From Eledone cirrhosa (taxonomy: Eukaryota), in NCBI GenBank assembly GCA_964016885.1, contig OZ024743.1:271622001-271686000 (forward strand): 64,000 bases of DNA, given 5' to 3'. The translations under genes and the position numbers were made by a program. The stretch's first letter is position 1. Each line of letters starts with the position of its first letter. The notes beneath the pieces were generated by a model. The model did no database searches and was not told the DNA's origin. It was given only the letters and a program-made list of their open reading frames with translations. Below, piece after piece: positions 58,761 through 64,000 of this stretch.

Positions 58761-58997
58761 GTAAATTCTGTCTTTCTTGTCTAAATATCGAACAAAAATT
58801 GCCAACACACAGTACAGAATGAAAAGGACTAAGAGGACAATTAGAACATAAGGATTTTCCAAAACCTTTTCATCCAGGTTGAAGAATATTTCATCAAACT
58901 CCAGTTTGCGAGGTGTAATAATGTCAATGACTGAAGTAAATGTTCCAAAAAGGTTGCTATCTAGTACCAAATTATAATTGGCATCAATGGATTTAGC
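58761..58997 (-). CDS. Polycystin-1-like exon: end of degenerate GPS, stalk and first transmembrane helix
   Basis: Acceptor ttttctttctag|GCT, donor TAC|gtaagt; 237 nt, phase 0/0. Translates AKSIDANYNLVLDSNLFGTFTSVIDIITPRKLEFDEIFFNLDEKVLENPYVLIVLLVLFILYCVLAIFVRYLDKKDRIY; NP.V + hydrophobic helix + R..DK.D is the PKD1L TM1 signature. Confidence 0.9.
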
Positions 58998-59206
58998 CTA
59001 GAAAGAAAAATGAATATATACATATATATATAATAAAAAAATGGTAGATAAATCACTATAATTGTTTATGCCAGCATATCACAATGATTGCATAACTGCA
59101 CCAATGATTACGTAAGCATCTTACGAAGTCACATGAATAACCATGTAACAGAAATATATATAATACAATAAACAATTATGGTGATTTAATCCTGTCTTAA
59201 CTACCA

Positions 59207-59241
59207 TGCTGGCCTTGTGCCTAAAGTAGAAACAATTATTT
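59207..59241 (+). mobile_element. SINE family 1, 3' fragment
   Basis: gctggccttgtgcctaaagtagaaacaattattt matches the tail of the other copies. Confidence 0.6.
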
Positions 59242-59367
59242 GATAAATGAATACTCTGTCACTCATTATCACCTATCTGGGATAAACTACTGATGTGTTG
59301 TGCTTTGGATCGCTAGGACCTGCTTATCATCAGGAAGTTACCATATAACAATTAAGACAACACTCCT

Positions 59368-59368
59368 G

Positions 59369-59404
<36 letters not shown>

Positions 59405-59407
59405 ATG

Positions 59408-59466
<59 letters not shown>

Positions 59467-59505
59467 ATGAGTGTGTGTGTATGTATATATATATATATAT
59501 ATATA
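59368..59505. repeat. Compound (TA)n/(TG)n microsatellite with internal duplication
   Basis: (TA)n-tttgtatgag-(TG)n-(TA)n-tttgtatgag-(TG)n-(TA)n; provides the TA target of the adjacent transposon. Confidence 0.95.
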
Positions 59506-60651
59506 CAGGGTGTGGCCGATATTTGTTCGCAATTTTGAACCTCCAAATTTGTGGAAGAGACATGGAGTTCTTGGAATCCACGCCGGGAGGAAAAAATAAG
59601 GAAATTTCAGACTTCCTCAGCGTCAGCAGGAGAATGGTGGAAAAGGTCAGAAAGGAATTGGAAGATTCAGGATTCGACTACGAAGCAACATCAGTGAAGA
59701 AAACACATGATCGACAATCTGACGCCTTCAGAACGCCCGGGTTCGTCACTGAAGTTGAGGATATCAAAGGCGTGGATGAAAAGCTCATTAGGCTGGTGGT
59801 ACATGAAGACATTCGCTACGTTTCATACAAGATGAGGAAAGGACAATTTCTGTCAAAGGCGATGCAAGAAAAGCGACTGAAGCACGCAAAGAAGCTGATC
59901 AACAAGTTGAAACACCCACTGAAGCCAGACATGCTGTGGTTTTTCTCCGACGAGAAAAACTTCTGCCAAGACCAGAAGATCAACTCCCAGAACAACAGGT
60001 GGCTCGCTGTCTCATCCAAAGACGTGCCCAAAGTCATGCAGACAAAGTTTCCAGCGACAACATTAGTCTTAGGTGTCATCAGCAGTCAAGGTGACGTCAT
60101 GCCTCCTCACTTCTTCCCTGAGGGCCTCAAGCTGAACACCGATGGCTACATCCGCGTTCTGAGCGAGGTAGTAAAGCCCTGGATCGACCAGGTAGCTGCA
60201 GGTAGGCCATACATGTGGCAGCAAGACTCAGCGCCCTGCCATACCAGCCGAAAGACCCAAGCCTGGGTATCAGAGAACTTCGTCGACCACACTTCACCTT
60301 ACATCTGGCCTCCCAGCTCGCCTGACTGCAACCCCCTCGACTTCTTTGTGTTGGGCGCAGTGGAACGAGACACCAACAGATCTAGCTGCAATACGAAAGA
60401 CGATCTGAAGGCCAGGATCACAGGTGCCTTTAGGGGCCTAAGTCGGGGGACAGTGACGAAGGCCTGTAGCCGGTTCTGAGGCCGCCTTGAGGCCGTCATC
60501 GAAGCCAATGGCGGGTTTATCGAGTGAGATCGAAAGCACAAGTCATGAAGACAAACTGACCCAAGTTTGATAAATATATCTTAAAAAATAAAACTACTGT
60601 GTTAATTTTTCCTAGACAGTAATCTTGCGAACAAATATCGTCTGCACCCTG
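59506..60651 (+). mobile_element. Tc1/mariner superfamily DNA transposon, DD37D (maT) family, defective
   Basis: TIRs CAGGGTGTGGCCGATATTTGTTCGCAA (59506) and CAGGGTGCAGACGATATTTGTTCGCAA (reverse complement ending 60651), 3 mismatches in 27 bp; TA on both sides; 1146 bp; GC-richer than the flanks. Confidence 0.95.
59562..60527 (+). pseudogene. DD37D transposase with premature stop and probable in-frame deletion
   Basis: Motifs WFFSDEKNF, WQQDSAPCH and WPPSSPDCNPLDF, with 37 residues between the 2nd and 3rd Asp. TGA at 60477-60479 interrupts a frame that continues GRLEAVIEANGGFIE* (TGA 60525-60527). The second HTH looks shortened at VEDI/KGVDEK. Confidence 0.88.
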
Positions 60652-60967
60652 TATATGTGTGTATGTGTGTACATAGAAATTGAGACAGAAACAGGAGATT
60701 ATATTTCCATATTTGAATATTTTACTACCTGATGCATATTTCTTTGTCTTCCAGATTATAATTAGTGTTCATAGTTACCTAATCATGGTTATGTGGACGT
60801 AAACTGCAAAATAATGTTGTTACAGTGGTATCAAAGCATATACTCTTCGGATACTAATTTCTTTGTTTATATATTGTAGTAGTACACTACAGGGATTAAT
60901 TATTTCATATGATACAAATAACTCCCACCTGGATTAATTAACTCTTTGAACAAAAAAAAAACAAAAA

Positions 60968-61087
60968 TAATTATTTCTACTTTTGGCACAAGGCCAGTAA
61001 TTACCCCAGTGGATTACTGGTACTGTATTTTATCGACCCTGTAAGGATGAAAGGCAAAGTTAACCTCGGCGGGATTTGAACTCAGAA
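60968..61087 (-). mobile_element. 5'-truncated SINE (family 1)
   Basis: atttctacttttggcacaaggccag...tatcgaccctgtaaggatgaaaggcaaagttaacctcggcgggatttgaactcag is the reverse complement of the 55064-55256 copy, including the B-box. Confidence 0.88.
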
Positions 61088-62137
61088 AAAAATAATGTGC
61101 ATGTGTGTGTGTGTATAATCATAATTGGGTTGGGTTTATGTCCACATTTTCATGCTGGGAATGGTTTGAGACAATGTTTTATAGTTGGATACCCTTCCTG
61201 AAGCCAACCCTTTTGTGGAAAATACTTGTAACTGAATTCTTCTATGTTTTGCCTGGCGGAGATTCGAAATCAAATAAAAAAATTCTCACCTCTAAAATCA
61301 CCTATTAGATGTTCTTACCATTGTCCTGTCAAAAGACAACTATGATAAATGTTATATACCACTTGACCTGTGACCCCAGACACTTGACAGACGATAGGCA
61401 GATGGTCACTATTGTCTCAAAAACGATATACACATCCTTCTAGCTATAGTATTCTTATAAATACAAGCACTTCGAGAGACGAATCAGATAGTGGCTAACA
61501 CAAACAGAAGAACCGTTCTACTAACACTATGGATTCTCTTCATGAATACAGTCTTCTAGTTACTATTCTCTCACATTTCTTACTCACTCGACAGACAGTC
61601 AGTCAATTAGAGAGATGGACTGACCACTACTAACAGAAACCACGTTTGTTAGAGATTAACACACGCACACACACAGTTGGTTTCTTTCTATTGTCCCTTA
61701 TACGTTTTGTCTATCCTTTTGTCTTCCTGTCATTCTCTACTACTGTAAAGCACAACACACAACTTCTACTGTATCATTCCCTTTGATACATATATTTACT
61801 GACAGCATTGACTTAACAACACATGCACATTCTTAGTGTGCATTTAGGCTAGCTGGAAGTAGCTAGTAAAACAACTAATGTAGTGATAATTGTGTCACGA
61901 TTTTATTACTCAATATTCGATGTACCAACGAGTGAATTTTATTATTACAAAATAAACGTTGTCAACAACATCACAATTCTTCATCATTCTTTTTATAATT
62001 CATCCTGCGAAGAATACATCTTAACAGTTACATGGACGTGACACTATTTGCTACAAACTATTTTCTTTAAACAATAAACTCTGGCCCAATAAGCCTCCAG
62101 GCTTGGAACAAAATTTAACCATTAAAAAGATATATAC

Positions 62138-62262
62138 CTTAACATCTTTGTTTGATTTCTTTTCTTGTCTGTTTTCATCATAAACTTGTGGAGTGAAGAG
62201 AGCAAGTTTCAGTGGCAGTGAATCAGGTGTATTTCTCTTTGTGATTCTTTGGTTTGTTCTTT
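62138..62262 (-). CDS. Polycystin-1-like exon: GAIN/GPS N-terminal half
   Basis: Acceptor taattctttccag|AA, donor AAG|gtatat; 125 nt, phase 1/0, which joins the flanking exons in frame. Translates (E)RTNQRITKRNTPDSLPLKLALFTPQVYDENRQEKKSNKDVK. Not in the ORF track. Confidence 0.75.
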
Positions 62263-62465
62263 CTGGAAAGAATTACATAAAACAGAAAGTTTAAGTTCAT
62301 GGAATTTATTAGAGTTAATTTTCAAAATGTTCTTTTCTTTATTCTTACTGAAATTTTCATTTTTATTTTCAGTTGTTTTTAGATAAATAATTAGGTTAAG
62401 AGGTATATGTGTAGGTAGATAAGTATGGTCACAAAAAGGTTAAATAAAAAAAAAAATAGTCATAC

Positions 62466-62934
62466 CGCCTTTGCTCACAACAAGAAACAGTTTTAAATTA
62501 TCCACTTGATTGTCGACAACAATATGTAATCTGTCCCCATGATGGTCTATGTTGATTCCTGTTCTTTTGATAACCTTTTGTGGCCCCTTGTCTCCATCAA
62601 GAGAAGAGTAATAGAAATGATAATTATTCTTTGTAGGGTTTTCATTTATCTTGCCCCACACTGCAACAGAATTCACAGACTGTATTTCCACAAGTAACAG
62701 TCCACTTTTTTTTATTGGTACTGTGAAAGAATATTCTCCAGATTTTCCTGGTAGAAAGTTTACTACTGGCTTTGATTTCAGGCTTTTACAGTTTAAGGTC
62801 AGTGGAAAATTCAGGTCGCTGTCATCAATCTCAATTGGGTTGGTATTGCTATCAAACATACTTATTAAAACACTTGAAGAAAGTAGGACGTCTTCTAAAT
62901 CAGCATACTTGATTTCTTCTTCGTAGCCGAAAAA
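62466..62934 (-). CDS. Polycystin-1-like exon: extracellular, putative GAIN region
   Basis: Polypyrimidine tract plus aattaacag|TTT, donor G|gtatga; 469 nt, phase 0/1. Stop-free FFGYEEEIKYADLEDVLLSSSVLISMFDSNTNPIEID...LKLFLVVSKG; contains ORF 62440-62859. Confidence 0.8.
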
Positions 62935-63113
62935 CTGTTAATTGTGTTGGGATAAAAGAGAGAGAAAAGAAAGGATTAAAGTGAAATAAAGTGTGTAGGG
63001 ATCAGTTGTTTATGTTAATGAATATTTGTTAAGTACACAGAACCCTAACTATGAAGCAATGTTTCATACATGGCATGGATCTACAGATACATATACATAT
63101 ACACATATCCATA

Positions 63114-63435
63114 TAAAGGTTAAGACCCCTTTCGGTCACAAATGACCAGGGTATTTGCACCTAGAAATAACCCCTCTGAGGCACAACTCTGGGCAAAATT
63201 ATTTGTGGAAGACTAGTAGTCTCCCATGAATACCAGTCACCCTTCTCCTTGCTACTGAAGTTGTCCAGCTTGGCACCAGTGACATCACAACTCATTTCTG
63301 CAGGTAAGTAAACTGGAACAATGTGAAATAAAATGTTTTATTCAAGGACACAACACATCACCTAGGCTAGGAATCAAACTCACGACCTCATGATTGTGAA
63401 TCTAATTCTGTAACCACTAAACCGTGTGCCTTCAC
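63114..63435 (-). mobile_element. tRNA-headed SINE (family 2)
   Basis: Minus strand begins gtgaaggcacacggtttagtggtta (A-box-like), then gagtttgattcc (B-box-like), then tgttgtgtccttgaataaaacattttatttcac, a motif typical just downstream of SINE tRNA heads. A more degraded relative lies at ~63720-63815. Confidence 0.72.
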
Positions 63436-63508
63436 ACATACATACATATATATATACATATATATACATGTGTGTGCGTGTAAGTTTGTGTGTATGTATG
63501 TGTGTATG

Positions 63509-63550
<42 letters not shown>

Positions 63551-63630
63551 ATGTAACTGTGTATGTGTATATATATATATTCACATGCACAAAAATGCAC
63601 ATATATGAACATACTCATATACATACATAT
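63436..63630. repeat. Mixed (TA)/(CA)/(TG) microsatellite tract
   Basis: Directly visible dinucleotide runs. Confidence 0.9.
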
Positions 63631-63839
63631 TTCATTTGATTGGTGACACATCTGGAATAGACTTGAGAAATGAGACTAAACCGTATATATCAAAAGGAAA
63701 AGAGACAATTGTTTCCATTGTGATATAAAGTATTTTGATCAAGAACACAACATGCCATCCAGTCCATATGTTTGTGAGTTCAACATCCTAACTAGTAAAT
63801 CACATGCCTTCGCAATATCCTATATACACATATATATAT

Positions 63840-63957
63840 TAATAATAATAATAGTAATAATTGCTTCTACTTTTGGCACAAGGCCAGCAATTACCCAGTA
63901 CATTACTGGTACTTTATTTTATCGACCCCGTAAGGATGAAAGGCAAAGTTGACCTCG
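63840..63957 (-). mobile_element. 5'-truncated SINE (family 1) with (TTA)n tail
   Basis: cttctacttttggcacaaggccagcaattacccagtacattactggtactttattttatcgaccccgtaaggatgaaaggcaaagttgacctcg, preceded by aataataataatagtaataat. Confidence 0.88.
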
Positions 63958-64000
63958 TAATTTCTATATATGTGTGATATATATATATATATATCATTGT

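Noticed and set aside
59330-59581. Short YI/HT-repeat ORFs here and at 63388-63651, and the MCVCVYIY N-terminus of the transposase ORF
   Set aside because: Translations of dinucleotide microsatellites; the transposase extension lies outside the TIR.
60729-60804. Possible small minus-strand exon (ttttgcag...cag|gtagta)
   Set aside because: Has an early TAA in the required phase 0, and the flanking exons already join in frame.
61350-61790. Possible solo LTR (TG...CA with a TATAAATA)
   Set aside because: No convincing terminal inverted repeat or target-site duplication, and no second copy in the window.

Overview
Eukaryotic, AT-rich, repeat-dense genomic DNA; the SINE and MITE families resemble those I recall from coleoid cephalopod (Octopus) genomes, which is an inference. 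Positions 1-54462 are one compound trinucleotide-built satellite (core 33/36-bp unit AGT AAC AGC AAT AAC AAC AGT AAT GAC AAC AAC[AAC]) that runs off the left edge and shows nested higher-order duplications of about 12.3, 4.9, 1.57 and 1.38 kb. The huge Thr-rich and poly-Leu ORFs in the track are by-products of this repeat. The right 9.5 kb holds four in-phase GT-AG exons on the minus strand encoding the GAIN/GPS-TM1-PLAT segment of a polycystin-1-like (PKD1L/REJ family) protein with a degenerate GPS. Their introns contain tRNA-derived SINEs, two back-to-back TTAA MITEs, a 48-bp minisatellite and a defective DD37D (maT) Tc1/mariner element. The gene reads toward the satellite and stops mid-PLAT, so the array probably fills an intron of more than 57 kb whose transcribed strand is almost free of AG dinucleotides. 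The array begins exactly at the 3' tail of a SINE.
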